A DNA stretch of 64,000 bases, taken from positions 11,470,001 to 11,534,000 of the forward strand of contig CAIIXF020000001.1 of the NCBI GenBank assembly GCA_903813345.2. The letters run 5' to 3'. The notes beneath the pieces were generated by a model, which saw nothing but the letters and a program-made list of their open reading frames with translations, did not search any database and had not been told where the DNA came from. Source of the DNA: Owenia fusiformis. Taxonomy: Eukaryota. Below are positions 35,429-49,299 of this stretch, one piece after another. The position numbers and the translations under genes were made by a program. Each line of letters starts with the position of its first letter. Positions within the stretch are counted from its first letter, which is position 1.

Positions 35429-36916
35429 ATGCGTTTCGACATTGACACTCGATACAGAGAAATGATCGTATTGACACCAAGAGAGCAGAATATTGTGAAT
35501 CAAAATCAGGACTTAAATCTTTCCATAAAATCTGAAGATATGGAGCATTCTGAGGATCTAGCACATTGTGATAATATGAGCGATAACTCCGAAGGATCTG
35601 AACAATACGAGACGGAACCCAAGCCGAGATCGGGTGGGAAAATGAAGGGTCTCAAGCCAAGCGAAATCGAGATGATCCGTAAGGAAATGGAACGAAACAT
35701 TGACGATGAACCCGCAGAAGGTGAGACAACACTTGACGCTGATGGCAAAAAGAAGAAAACCAGTCTCGTAAAACCTCCTTATTCCTATATAGCTTTAATA
35801 ACAATGGGGATTTTGCAATCGCCACAAAAGAAATTGACATTGAGTGGGATTTGTGAGTTTATTATCAACAGATTTCCGTACTACAAAGACAAGTTTCCTG
35901 CCTGGCAAAATAGTATTCGTCACAATCTCTCTCTAAATGACTGTTTCATAAAGATTCCCCGAGAGCCGGGCAACCCTGGCAAAGGTAACTACTGGACTCT
36001 CGACCCAGCTAGCGAAGATATGTTCGACAATGGCAGCTTCTTGAGACGTAGAAAACGATTTAAAAGACAAATGCCCGATTATGCGTTTGCCCAGCAGCAA
36101 GCTTTTATGTCCGCTAATGAACTGTACGGGCACCACCCTGCACTTCTTGCAGCTCACCACCAAGCTGCAGCAGCCGCACATCATCATCATCCAGGACACC
36201 CGACCCACGCTCTGCCATATCCTTACATGGCCCCCATGCACGGACAGGGAGGCCTTTCGCTCATTCCACACCCAGATCTAGCCAGAGCGCATGCAGTTAA
36301 CCCAATGGGGCTTGCAATCTCCCCTCAACACATACAAACATTGCAACGTAGCCTACAGAGAGACATTGCACCTTGTAATAAAACATTATCCAGTGAACAA
36401 CATCTGCCCCAACACTCTGAGCTTGGAAGGGCGCACGTAACTAATCCACTGGGACTAACAATTCCCCAGCACCAATTGCCAAGTGTCCCCAAAGAAGCGA
36501 TTCGCCCCCATAAACCATTGACGGTCAGTACGACAATCGTATCATCCAGAAGCCCAACCTCTAGCAACAGTAGCCAGAAACCAGGCTTTAGTATAGACAA
36601 TATAATCGGGACGTCATCCTCATCGTCATCGCCAAACTCAGACAGGAAGTCCCCAGACTCCCCCGCCGCAGTCACATCGCATTCCTTCAGACCGCCCAGT
36701 TCATCACAGGGACATTTATTATTACAACCCGCCCAACCTGCAATGTCACTACCAGTGTCTCTTGGGATGAGACCTGCTATTTCAATGGACACTCTAAGAT
36801 CTAACGGTAATTCATTCACCAATCCCCTTCATCTGGCCGCTGCTGGCCTTCATGGGATGTCCGGTATAGACTTGGAAAAATATAGACAGTATGTACAGTT
36901 ACCCTGGCATCGCTGA
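35429..36916 (+). CDS. foxD: Forkhead box D transcription factor, single exon, 495 aa from the first in-frame ATG
   Basis: Forkhead domain [12 protein letters not shown]...[58 protein letters not shown] is FoxD-diagnostic; eh1 motif FSIDNIIG at 36587-36610. The ORF-track start at 35414 is TTG; ATG 35462 is an alternative start. Confidence 0.96.
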   Translation: MRFDIDTRYREMIVLTPREQNIVNQNQDLNLSIKSEDMEHSEDLAHCDNMSDNSEGSEQYETEPKPRSGGKMKGLKPSEIEMIRKEMERNIDDEPAEGETTLDADGKKKKTSLVKPPYSYIALITMGILQSPQKKLTLSGICEFIINRFPYYKDKFPAWQNSIRHNLSLNDCFIKIPREPGNPGKGNYWTLDPASEDMFDNGSFLRRRKRFKRQMPDYAFAQQQAFMSANELYGHHPALLAAHHQAAAAAHHHHPGHPTHALPYPYMAPMHGQGGLSLIPHPDLARAHAVNPMGLAISPQHIQTLQRSLQRDIAPCNKTLSSEQHLPQHSELGRAHVTNPLGLTIPQHQLPSVPKEAIRPHKPLTVSTTIVSSRSPTSSNSSQKPGFSIDNIIGTSSSSSSPNSDRKSPDSPAAVTSHSFRPPSSSQGHLLLQPAQPAMSLPVSLGMRPAISMDTLRSNGNSFTNPLHLAAAGLHGMSGIDLEKYRQYVQLPWHR

Positions 36917-39900
36917 ATCCTTTCTCACTTGGGTGATCATTTCATCTCATTGTTTTCTTCTTTGATCATTTCAACAGAATATCTCAGCGCAATATGTTCA
37001 CAAGTTCTACATTGATATGAAACAAATTACAACAAATTAGTACCTTTAAATTCGTGTTTACACCCAGAAAATTGTCTTTTTGTTCGGTAATAATATAGCC
37101 AGTGGGACTAAAACTATTCTATAGAGAGTTTTATTCACTTTCAATGAATGGCCGACATATGTGGTATCAGATTGAAACTCCTTCTCTTCTGAATCAGTTC
37201 AATTCTATTAAACTATTTTGAAAAAAACAACATTTAGATTCATATCCATAGAAATTGTATAAAAGAGATTGATAGAATCAAGAGGTGGTTGCTTATTTTT
37301 CTGACGGAAACTATCTCGCCTCTTGGATTGTTTATTGTAAAATATCATTTCGTGATAGGGGATTTTTTTCTTTTTATTAGATTTTATAATAACTTGATTT
37401 TCAATACACGTATCGTTTAAATTAAACATAAAAGCAGAGCACATTCTTGCCAAATGAACGTAGAGAGAACTAGTGCTCATTTTAACATAATATTTATTAT
37501 ATTTTCTTGCAATTAGTCTATAGGAGAAAGTATTGTAAATTAAACATAACTTTTTCCATATTGTACATAATGTATTGTATATATCGTCCACAAAGTTGTG
37601 CAATTTTTTCAACATATAAAGTGTAAATATCTCATATTATTGACGGATATATTTGTCCGCAGAAACGAACAACATACTTTAAAAATAAAGGATAATTGAA
37701 ATAACTTGGTATTATAATTTAGATAATTATTTGGTGATCATTCTCCACTCGTCTTGCCATTTGTAATTAATTAACTGTTTAATATTAATGTATATCTGTG
37801 ATTAATATTATGATAACACAATTGTCTTTTTGTGAATTTTAAGTAAAATACAAAATGAATATATGGTGTTCAAAACATAAATATTATATTTTTGTCAGTT
37901 TATTACTTTGTAGTGTGTAACTTAAAAAACTCAGCAGATAATTCCAGCCTCTTTTCTCAACACTTTTATTAGTTTTGATACATTCCCCACAAGTACTTCT
38001 CATTAAAGAGCCTCGTTGCAATCTTCAAAGTTAAAACATATATCATCTTTAAATATCAAAAATTATGAAATGAGATTTTGACGTACTCAACACTCAACGC
38101 ACATATTCAATCGGTATTTATAACCGTGTATGATCTTGACTTACACTATCAAAGTTACATACTTGTTCGTGACTGTAGATATGCTCCAAAATATGAGTTT
38201 TTTAACTTTGTTATACTGACATAAACTTAAGAATGTTTGAGATATCTGTTGGATTATCGTTGATGTTGTTATTACCATTGTTTCTCCGCCAAGATTAACT
38301 TATCTTAAACATCAAAGCAAATTTGTTGAACACACCTGAAACTTACTCGATTAAATTGCAATTAAAGGTAAAACTTTTAATTATACGTTTAAGTTATTTA
38401 AATAACGGCAATTAAATATTTTCTTGTTTAATTTTCTTTCCCGAATGTAGATCGCCCCATGCAGAACCGAGAGATTGTGTATATCGTTTTGCAGTTTTCA
38501 TCATATGCAGTCCATTATTAAGATTTATAGTCATGACATCTTACAAATCGCCACCTTATTAATTTGATAACGTGTTATTATTTAATTGAGATATTATATT
38601 GGAGGTATACATTACACGTGTCTTGGGATTGCTCATTAGCGTAAAACCGACACTAAAGAGCGGCGAATATGCTAGCTTTCAACTACTTTGAGATAATAAC
38701 GTGTTTTATGTCCAAATTAATAGATTGTTCTCTTATATATTCATCAGTTTTATCCCCCGGGTTCTGAAGAAGACATCAATTTATCGCATCCTTACATCTT
38801 TACACGGATATTTGCTCGCAATACTTTAAATTAGTTAGATCTGCTTTCTCTCTGCCCGAGTTGGACTGTTCCCGAAATTCTAACTTGGATCTTTGGCCTC
38901 TCTGCACAGCAATTATGAAATTTGTGATATTTATAATCGAAAATAATTGCAACTGTTAAGAACTCCATAAAAGCATCGTTAATACGAATCAATTATAACG
39001 TTTAAAGCACGTTTGAAATTAGCAACATAATATTATGGTATTTTCCTGCTGATTTGAAACTTTGAATTCAAAGTGTGATTAATCGCTCGCAACTCTCGGG
39101 GTTTTATGCGTATTATACCCTCATAACTCGAGGGGTTTTACAAAATGCCCGTGTGTAATTCTTTTCGTACGATTTCTTCACCAAAATCGGACTTGCTAGT
39201 AAACCGCTAGATCTGACTAATAATGTTTTGATGAAATCATTTTGACCTGTTTTTATTATCGCCCTAAACCATAGCGGGTGGTGGCTATGATACTCTCATA
39301 TTTATTTTTCTTTTATCCTTTTTGTTTTGATCACATATTTGGAATTGAGTTATATAAAACCATAAATATTAAAGATTGTTAAGTGATTAAATGTATAATC
39401 TGATATTATTAATTCATATTTCTTGTTTCGACTTGGGTCTACTGCATTTTGGGCTTGTAGTGCAGCGCATTATTGGAGGGGTGTAGTTTACAGCTTAAAT
39501 TTTTTCTGAAGGAAGGCTCAAAAAATATATTGAATTTATATAGTTTAATCACCCTTTATATTTAGTGTTTCATCAACTACTAGTTCACTCGATTACTAGT
39601 TCACTCGATCTATTACATCTAACAATAGGTACTTAACACAGATACCTGCTCAATTGACCGAAACAGTGCATCTGCTTCGTTAACCACAAATATTTATATA
39701 TATTCACTATTTTATTGAAACTTTGATCATTTTACTGCAAAATGAGGGTAATTTATATCTCAAGTTTAAAAAAATGATGTTATTTTGACATTACAAATCA
39801 GCTTTGCTGTCCTGTTTAGTCAGGAATTGAGATTTTTACAAATACATACTTTTGATAATTTGAATGACTTTATTTTCTCCATATACTGGCGAAGGATTCA

Positions 39901-42900
39901 GAAAAGTACAACAAGAAATCTTTGGTAATAAAAACGAGTTTAATAATCATGCATATTCCGTCTATTAAGCATAGCGAGTCAAACTGGAAATATATACGGT
40001 GGCTAGGGTCATGTTATATTTTGTACACAGAAACTGAATTATCCATAATTTTAAACATGCTCATTTGAATAACATAAAACGATTTCGGCAATTAGTATTA
40101 ACCTCATTCAAACGAATCAAAAATGCTTTCTTGTGCTTTCGAAATGTCATCATCGGTCTAAAATATTCTCATAACTTTGGCTTTAATTTCTCATTATATC
40201 TTTGTACAAATAATAATAATACCTTGATAATAATTACAATGAATATTATATGGTATATAATATTTCAGGTGTATTTATTATTGGATTAAACTAGGGGTAA
40301 TTTATAAATGAGCATCGCGGTATGTAATCATATTGGCCCATTAAAATGACCAACTGATTTGTTAATATACTGTTAAATATTATATACAAGTATATGAAAC
40401 AGAACATATATATAACTTACATTTGGTAATAATTATACGTACCCTTATCACATATGAATCTTAAATGACGAACAATAATTATTAATATCATTATTAAGCA
40501 AACAGCAGATGAATTTTATCGCACCAAACTAAAGCCTGAAAAGCACCTGAAATAGGTCACTTGGAAAGTCTATAATGTGACCAAAAATCTGAAGCTCTTT
40601 TTAAGAAGCGTTATTAATTGAAAATGTGGATGTATTACCATTCGAAAATTAAAATGTGCCACATTGTCGTTATGGTCGTGACGAATAATACATTAAATAA
40701 GAATGTATTAACTTACACATTAAAGAAGGATGCGTTCTTTACGATTGTGTCTCTTGTAACTACTTTTTAAAATAACACTAACCTCAAATGACCACACCAC
40801 GGTGTAATTTTTTCAAATGATATCCAATGAAAAACATGATTCCATTTTATCGGCTTTTGAAGCATAAAAGCATAAAGTAGGATGGGTAAAGGTCAAGGTC
40901 GACCGAAAGCATGCACTAAGAAATGCAATGGGAATTCATCCAGTCGCTGGATATATATACTTCATGCAGTTTACGACATAAGCAATAAACAAAGCTAACA
41001 TTTTGTCATATCTCGAAAATATTTAGAACACAATGGAGTTATTTACCTTACAATTTAGAGGGTATTTACTCAAGTTTACGCGAATATTTTCTTTCCATCC
41101 AAGTGCACTTCAGACTTATCTCTACCATAAAACTCTAAAATTCTGAAGTATTTTATGGTCTTATATTATTCGATCTGGATTTATAGGATATATATAAGCT
41201 TACTCCACGCTTTATTGATATGACCTTATAACACATGTGTTCAGTGATTAGAGCACACTGATATTTTTATTCACATTTTAAGGATAAATTGCATTTATCA
41301 TAGTTGATTTTAATATTCCAGTGTTAAGATACCATGACGTCATTTCAAAATTAGTGCCACGCGTCCGAATGCCAAAATATCCACTCGAATATCATAATAA
41401 TTTCCTGAGGCATTTAACATAATGAGTTTTATCTTACAACTGTCATGTAATTCAAATTTCTTGAGATTCATTAGTAAGTATTACATCATCTGCTAATTTG
41501 GCTCTAAATTGATGTGATTTCCAGTAGAGCTGGAGAGCGTTCTTGCGGATGCTCGGAAGCCTCAAGGGGGTGACTTGACACACGCACGTGGTGGTTTCAA
41601 GCCGCACTGAGGATGATTTGGGTCGGTTGACACGTAACAGTTATGTGATCACACCCTAATGACAGCTCTAAGTAAGCAAATGGAGAAAATGTGTTCTCCA
41701 GCTATGGATATATTATTTCAAATTTGATTAATATTTTCCTACCGTTGGGTTTAATCTCCATTTGAAATGAATTATAGTAATGAGCTATATCAATTTCGCA
41801 TTCCGCCCCAATAAGAATATAATCGTTTTTCCAGCCTTAGAAATTGAAAATATTATTGGCCAAATTATTCGTATATTTCGCTGCTATTTAATATAAATCC
41901 AATTCATTCAAGTGTTTTTGAGGCTCGGTGAATTGGTGTAATGAAAACGAAAAATACTTTGATCATAACTAAATAAACGTTAATTGAATCATTTCAATTT
42001 GATTAATAGAAAAATATATACTTCGTTGGAGAACATTTGAGTCAATAAAATAACAATTATGGAGATTTAATATAGAACTTCGATAGACTCTAATTTCCAG
42101 ATAAGAAGCATTACATTACGAAAAGAAAAATGTGATCAAGTGCAACGTGTAAAATATGATCAGAACTGAATAATGTTATAACAAATGTAATTGTTGGTAC
42201 GTACAATCATATGCAGAATTATCTCGGATACCATAAAACGTCAAATCCAATCCATTTGCAATTTCCGAAATAATATCTGACTAGTTTTCTCGTAAACCCT
42301 ACATATGCTTCAGTAAACAACATCCTGAAAGCGCGTCAAATGGCAGCAAAATGTTAGTTTAGTGAAGCCCTAAAAGAAAACCCAAGAGACTATTAGAACT
42401 AGAATACCAAAGGACAATAACAACTTTATATCAAAATTTAACTCAATGAATTTCCTTTCTTTTGAGCAAAATAAAAATATTAGTTCATAAAAATGATCGG
42501 AATGAAACAGGAATTTCAATGTTGTTGAACCCTTGGGTCATGATCCAAAAGGGAAGCATCAGAAAACATACGTACTCGTAGGCTTACATGCAAGAAGACG
42601 GCGTGTCAAGTGCTTGAGCTTTCAATAATACAACATTTTCAAATCAAAGATTTATCTGTGTAATTAATTCTTAGCATTTACTCTCAAGTCGTGGGAATTA
42701 CCTTTCTCTTGTTACATACGATTACAAAGACAAATATAAGCAATTAACTATGCCCCTCTTTAGCTTTGATATACTGTTTATTTACGATGGGATTATCTGT
42801 GTTGGGATTCATGTGTGTTGTGTAAGCGAGATTTGAGATCGGCTATCAGGTAAGTGAGAGACATACTTATCCTTCTGTCTCGAACCTCTCCCCTCATCCC

Positions 42901-43433
42901 CACCTTTCTTGAAGTGGATTCTTGTCTTTATCTCTCTCCGGTGCCTTAGCACAATAATTATGGCTACAATGATAAATGTTATCTCATAATATCTTATCAA
43001 TACACAGCATAATGTCGGAATAAGTTATTGGATCCCCCAAGTATAGGTAGATGGCTCTTTGGAGTGTCGCTATCTCGCTTCAAAACTGTTATTCATAACT
43101 ACTTGAAATTGCGCACCCACATCAAAGAGGATCGTGTCTTTACTTATCAGAGACAAATAGATACAACGTTATTAACTCTACCGATACACGTAAATGTGAT
43201 TGTAAGTGGAATTGAATTCTTTAATTCCAGAGAATGTGGTATTTTCATTGTCATTGCCTTTGTAAGTTTGGTTAGCGCTGATACGGAATTATATGAAATA
43301 TAAGATGAAACACACGACACATTCTTTCGTCCAACCATGAACGTAGTCTCCCTCTCGAGACTCTTCGTATCCTTCGTATCAGATGTGTGATATTAACAAA
43401 ATCCCAAATGGGGACTGAGATCTGTATGAAATA

Positions 43434-43651
43434 CAGGGTGTCCCAAAAACATTTTACCGGAATAAACAGGGAATAACAGAGTGGTGAAGGAATATTCTTG
43501 AAATATGATCATCTGACATACAATTTAATCATCATGAACATCTGAAAGTTTCACCAGATTACTCTACTTAGTTTTAGATTATTTTGTTTTAGTACCAATA
43601 ACCACATTCAATGTTGTACCGTCTCGGTTGGGTACATTTTGGGACACTCTG
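43434..43651. mobile_element. Tc1/mariner-type MITE
   Basis: TA-CAGGGTGTCCCAAAA ... TTTTGGGACACTCTG-TA. Confidence 0.8.
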
Positions 43652-44827
43652 TAATTTATGCTCCACAAGGCTTTTCGTTTTGCGTAAATTTATTTGTTTC
43701 TTACTTGCTTACTGGTCCTGAAACAATGGAGGCTTCAGTTATAAATCTACTTACTATGTAGCCTTTGTAATAGTTTGATTTTGTTTTTTCTTTCTCAGAT
43801 AGCTCAACAAAGTACCAAGAGTTCAATTCCTCCACACAACTTTAGAATGGATAAAAAGGTGTCAAAATCATCTTTAGTTTTAATGTTTCAAGATACTGTA
43901 AAAGGCTAATTGAAAATATGAAAAATCGGATGACATCTGAAATTATACCACAATGCATTATCCCTCGGATCCAACTCAACACAGTAGGTCTACAGTCAGG
44001 CGTTACGATGGTTTGTGGTAAAATTATCGATGTCTTTTGTACGTACTACGTGTATTACAGCAGTTTGTTTGGGAGCATTTGGACTGCTCCATTGTACCAC
44101 ACAATATAAACTTGGATAATATTCCGAAGTTTTCAGATCTATTATTTATCAAAAATAAACCATAGTCTGAGGGGTTTGATTGATTCTAAAGTTAAAAGTA
44201 TAATACAACTGTAACAATCCTGTATTATGGTTTACTCTAAATTGTTTATGCTATTGACGGGGTATGTAAAGTGCCATAGAATATCACCCTGGGAAATTCT
44301 GCCTATTGATGCCCGTGCCCAGTCTTTCGATTTCCTTGAAAACAAAACATCAACAACTTGATAAATATTTGTTAATATGTTGATACATAATATATTAAGT
44401 ATATCAACCTTTTACAATTTCTTTGGACTTACTGCATTCAGTTATAAATAAGAATCATGAATAAATTATGTTGGGAAATAATCATCTTTAGACCATGTAG
44501 ACTGATTAGTTAGATATGTCAACAGTTGAAATATAGAATCAGATTTTAAAATCTACATTTTCGACAAACCACTATTTAAGAAATTAATTAAACCTAATAA
44601 GTATGATATTTAAACAGGATTTAGTTAAATATTGACAGTTATTACCCTATTGATCGCCGAAAAGAATGCACCTTATATTAAAGTTGAAACTGTTTTTTTG
44701 TCTATTCGAAAGTTATGATATGGAACGTTTTTATATTGATAATTGCAAAACGCCGTATTGTTCTTGTAGTCTTTAATTACAAGAATTGCTTTTAAGAAGA
44801 ATTGAACTGAATATTTCAAATAAAAAA

Positions 44828-44843
44828 GGCGCCATCTGCTGGT
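44828..44843 (-). promoter_or_regulatory. CTCF-like motif
   Basis: Minus strand reads ACCAGCAGATGGCGCC, fitting the CCASYAGRKGGCR core. Confidence 0.5.
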
Positions 44844-45276
44844 GTAGAAAGATACTATATCTAACCAAAAACCAGATTGCGCAGTTTGATAGTATCAACC
44901 AACGTTTATTAATTTAAACGATCAATCAAGTTTATTCCAAAACATTTAATTAGTGAAGATATTGTAGATACCACGACCACTTATGATAACCTCAGTTTGA
45001 TCTTCAATCCTGCGGATGAGCCATTGGAACTCTTGTACATAGTGAATATCAATATCAAAGGCGTGGGTCACGGTTATCTTGTTAATGTAGGAAATGGAGG
45101 TCATTTTAATTGACCTCTCAAAGGGAGCGCAGGAGCACTTATCGCCATGACATGTCATATGGTTTATGATTCCTCAACTGAATATCATGATAATATTTTG
45201 ATATTATTAGTCGCGTATGAATTTCAAACCCTGACAGCTTAGTTTAGTGATTAGTAGCTTGTTCCTTATGTAAGTA

Positions 45277-45451
45277 CAGTAAAACCTGTCTTAGTGAACA
45301 CCCCCCTTTTGAACACCTGTGTTTAATGAACACCACTTCAAGACACATTTTACATTGACTCCTGTATAATATTCCCTCTCCATAGTGAACACCTATCTAC
45401 AGTGAGCACCTTTTTGGCTCCATAGGTGTTCACTATATACAGGTTTTACTG
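45277..45451. mobile_element. pogo/Tigger-type MITE
   Basis: TA-CAGTAAAACCTGT ... ACAGGTTTTACTG with internal GTGAACACC repeats; a related right-end fragment lies at ~16065-16125. Confidence 0.75.
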
Positions 45452-48400
45452 AATTCAAACAGAATGTGTGATCGATGTATTCATATTTACTGTTCGGTGA
45501 TGTAAAGGATCCCAAATTCAGGCTGTTTCAGATCTTTCTCCTCGGTTCATGTTTATCTAATCTTTATCATAGTTTAAACTTCTCCGATCAATTGAGCTCG
45601 TATAAAAAAAAAGAAATGTTATGAAGTACCTGAGTACCGAGGGAGAAAGATGTGATAAGTATCAAAATACGATTTATGTGTGATTAACATGAGTACAGAA
45701 AATATTATCAAAAGGTACAAACCCCGGGTACAAACCCTCACTCTAGTCAGGGACATATAAAATATATATGTTTCTGCCCTACTTATAAACTACTAAGTCA
45801 CCACTCCCAAAACCAAAAATTACAAAGACGAACCTCTCTTTTAAAAAACGAAGTCGAACGAATGCAAAGAGTAACAAATTCCGGAATGATCGGGGCAATA
45901 CAATTTTACTCATTTTTCCGCATGTGTGACATGTATGCCCGGTGAACATCATATAATATAGTTTAGACCCAGAGGCATCAAACCCCTAAAATACCCTAAA
46001 GATAGATTAAAGTTTAAAAGTAGTCTGACTCAACAATAGTAAATATTTGGGAAAATCAGAAGCATACTAACTTGATAAGGTGAAGCTGGAAGGCATCTGT
46101 TTGCTACAGAGTACAGAATAAGCCAGTGATGTTTAATATGTGGAAATAATTAGATACACATATGGTTGACAGTCTCATAGCCAACATACTACCATACATG
46201 CAGCTGCAACATTCATCAATCTCAAAATCGTTCTCCGAAAATTGTATAGGCTATCAACGCCTACCCCAGTGTAGTGACCTGTGGGGATCTACCCCCAATT
46301 CGACCCCATTTATTGTAATACGGAGCAAAATGAGAGGGTGTGGAATGCATCTTGGAATACCCCATATCAACATGTACCCAAATAGGCATTATATGGAGGG
46401 CAAAGGGACTGTTGGTATTTTAGAATTTCACGGTGTGTTCCTTGTTAGGCCTATATATAAAGCTGCTTGTCAGCAAGTATAGTTAACCTAAGGTTGTGCT
46501 GATTTTTCACCATATTTACTGCAAATGATTACCCTGTTGTTACAAAAGGGTGTGAATATGTCTGTTTCCATTTGATATGCTTTCAATCAAGTGCTGACTG
46601 AAACCAAATAGTTGTTTTACTCAAGTAGCTATCTCTTGACCCACCATACAAATAAATATCTGTCCCTCATGGACTCTACCAGCATCATGGTGTCCAATTT
46701 TGAACGCAGTCAAAGGCTTGATTATTGTGGCCCAGGTGCAAGGCATTAGAACACTAGTCATTAACAACCGTAACATTAATTTCAATATTAATACGGTCAT
46801 CCACTTACCATGGCCCTTGAAGAGTCATTACTTTATTTAAAGTATCTTCAAAGATGTATTTAGTCTGTTTAGATTTGGATGTGTTCCGTTTATCTTATTT
46901 TATGGACGCACGTGTGTTTTATTTCAACAATACCAGTTTTCTTGATATTATTTCCCCTTGTTACGATATTTTATGAGCGTAAAAGGCCCTTAACCCTAAG
47001 CTGTGTATGTTTTGAATATGGATTTTGTGTAAATCTTCATAATAAACCCCTCTTAAGAATGTCGAACAACCTTTTTAACCCTAATAAACGATAAGTGGTT
47101 ATAATGCGATGTTTATGATCACATTACGATTTTGTTGACTTTTTAAAACTTTATCGGCAGCACTATCTAGTTCTGGACGAGTTACACTAGTATCCAAGAA
47201 TTTGGAGAACCCGAGACGTTCTAACGTGTAGAAGATAACGTCGGCAATTAGAAATAAGGCGATTCGTTTCAGAAGTAACACACGTACTAAATTAGTTATC
47301 ACTGCGATCAAAGATAGGGCAGTCAAGATATTTTAGTGTATACACACAACCCACAGGTTTGATAAAAAGTCACACTTTTATTGAGCGCAATGGCGAAAAT
47401 TGACATGGGGAGGGGCAAAACATATAATTTATAACAAATCCCGAACCTTAATACCGGATTTGGTGGTTAAAATATTGAATGAACCATTATTGTACATTTT
47501 TATTTCAAAATACAAAACATCCGGGATTTCATCCACTTAGATACATGCCTCCCAAAAAGCCCTCTTTGATTCGCACATTTCAATTTGTTATTCGATAATC
47601 CATAAAAATAGATACAGACCGAATGTTCATTCGGATAACAAACGGTTATTCTGAAAAGGTTGTGTTGTCCTATTGAATGCTGTCGCACTGTCATTTTAAG
47701 TAAGCTAATGAATAACGGGGAAATACTGCTAAATTGTAGAAGCTGAAAGATGGTAGGCTCGAGTCCACAGACGGGAAGGGATTTCACCTCCCCCTCGCCA
47801 ATTTCCAGATAGGACCACTCCTGAATTTTAAAGAAATGCCTCGTATGACATACATTATAACGAAGGGTAACAGCTCGAAACATCATCAAAGAAATGTGAC
47901 AATGTTCATAGGCCTAACGAAAGGTGTCGCCCTTACACATTACGTACGTATTTCTCTGTTAAGGAAATCTACAATTTTGCCCATTCTGCTTTATCTATTG
48001 GAACCCCAGACAACCTGAATTTGCTTAAAACGTATACGTCAATTTGAAACCGTAATATTTGTTCAAAACAATCTAAGTGGTTTCTTAATCCTTGACTCTT
48101 TACACAAAATAAAACATAAATTATAAAACACGTCCTTAAAGTATCCATCAACATTTATTTGAGTTTTTATTATACATTTAGTACATTTGGTGAGAGCGTT
48201 AAGCATCCATCATTACTTTCTGATGTGTTTGTCCGAAAGAATATACGACATCTCCGATAAACGTAAATTTATGGCAATATGAATGGCATTTCACTGTGTC
48301 GTATCACCCAATATATTGTTGAGATAAAAGAAATAATAATTATAACAAAACCTAAACTTTAAGTTATCTTAATATAAAAGTAATAGATAAATTCTTCGGT

Positions 48401-48996
48401 TAAAACAATTAGGATTTTAGTTTGATGAAATATCAATTTACTATAGCCCTCCTTTGAAGAGCTAAAATAAAAGTTTTAAGGTCACGTATTTGACAATGTT
48501 TTTGAGGACTCCTATTCGTTATTCAAGTGGTAAATACTTTGACAATATACACAATTATTTTACTGATAAATCAGTCCTTATCTTAAAAAACGATGATTAA
48601 TTGACTTGCTTGTTGTTTTTATTTATAACTTTGTTATTATAAGCTGATACTCTTATAATAATAATGACTTTATGATATAAATTATCATTTAATGTTGGGA
48701 GAGAAAATATATTATGGGCCATAAAACACTGGCACTCTGAGGTCATTTTTGTCACCACGTACGGTATCACTTTCAGTCACACCTCACAAAGGTATAAATC
48801 ATAAATATCATAACTCGAAACAATAAATAAACATTTTTAAAAAAGGATGTGAAACAATATTGGGCTGGTCACCCCTTCCGATAGTTTGAGGTTGCTTAAA
48901 AGAGAGCTTCATCTTACCCTTTGCATTCGTTCGACTTCATTTCTTAAGAGAGCTTCGTCGTCTTCATCTACAAACCCTGGTACATGAGGGAATATA

Positions 48997-49230
48997 CAGG
49001 TTGTCAAATAAATATGTGTTCCCCCTTAATTTCAATAAAATGAACCTTTGTGCATAAAAGTGCACCTAGTTGAGCTAGTCATCTGAAACTTCGTGTGGAG
49101 TTACTCTGTGAAGCCTATAGTATTGGTGTGCTAAAGAACAATTTAGATATCATGTGTACAGAAAAAAGTTATCCAACATTATGTTGATGTTAAAGCCAAG
49201 GAGGGGAGAACATATTTAATTGACACCCTG
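48997..49230. mobile_element. Tc1/mariner-type MITE
   Basis: TA-CAGGTTGTCAAATAAATATGT ... ACATATTTAATTGACACCCTG-TA. Confidence 0.75.
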
Positions 49231-49299
49231 TATAATCATAATGTACTGACTAAGCTCTGATACCATGGGTATACATGTAGGCTGGTTGTGGAGGAGGCA

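Noticed and set aside
35506-36822. Antisense and alternative-frame ORFs over FoxD
   Set aside because: Shadow ORFs of a GC-richer coding sequence.
37208-37615. 135-aa minus-strand ORF after FoxD and similar short AT-rich ORFs
   Set aside because: Composition typical of random AT-rich DNA, no motifs; this one overlaps the probable FoxD 3' UTR.
47720-47790. tRNA gene or SINE head (GGCTCGAGTCC B-box-like)
   Set aside because: No cloverleaf or clear A-box; at most a decayed SINE.
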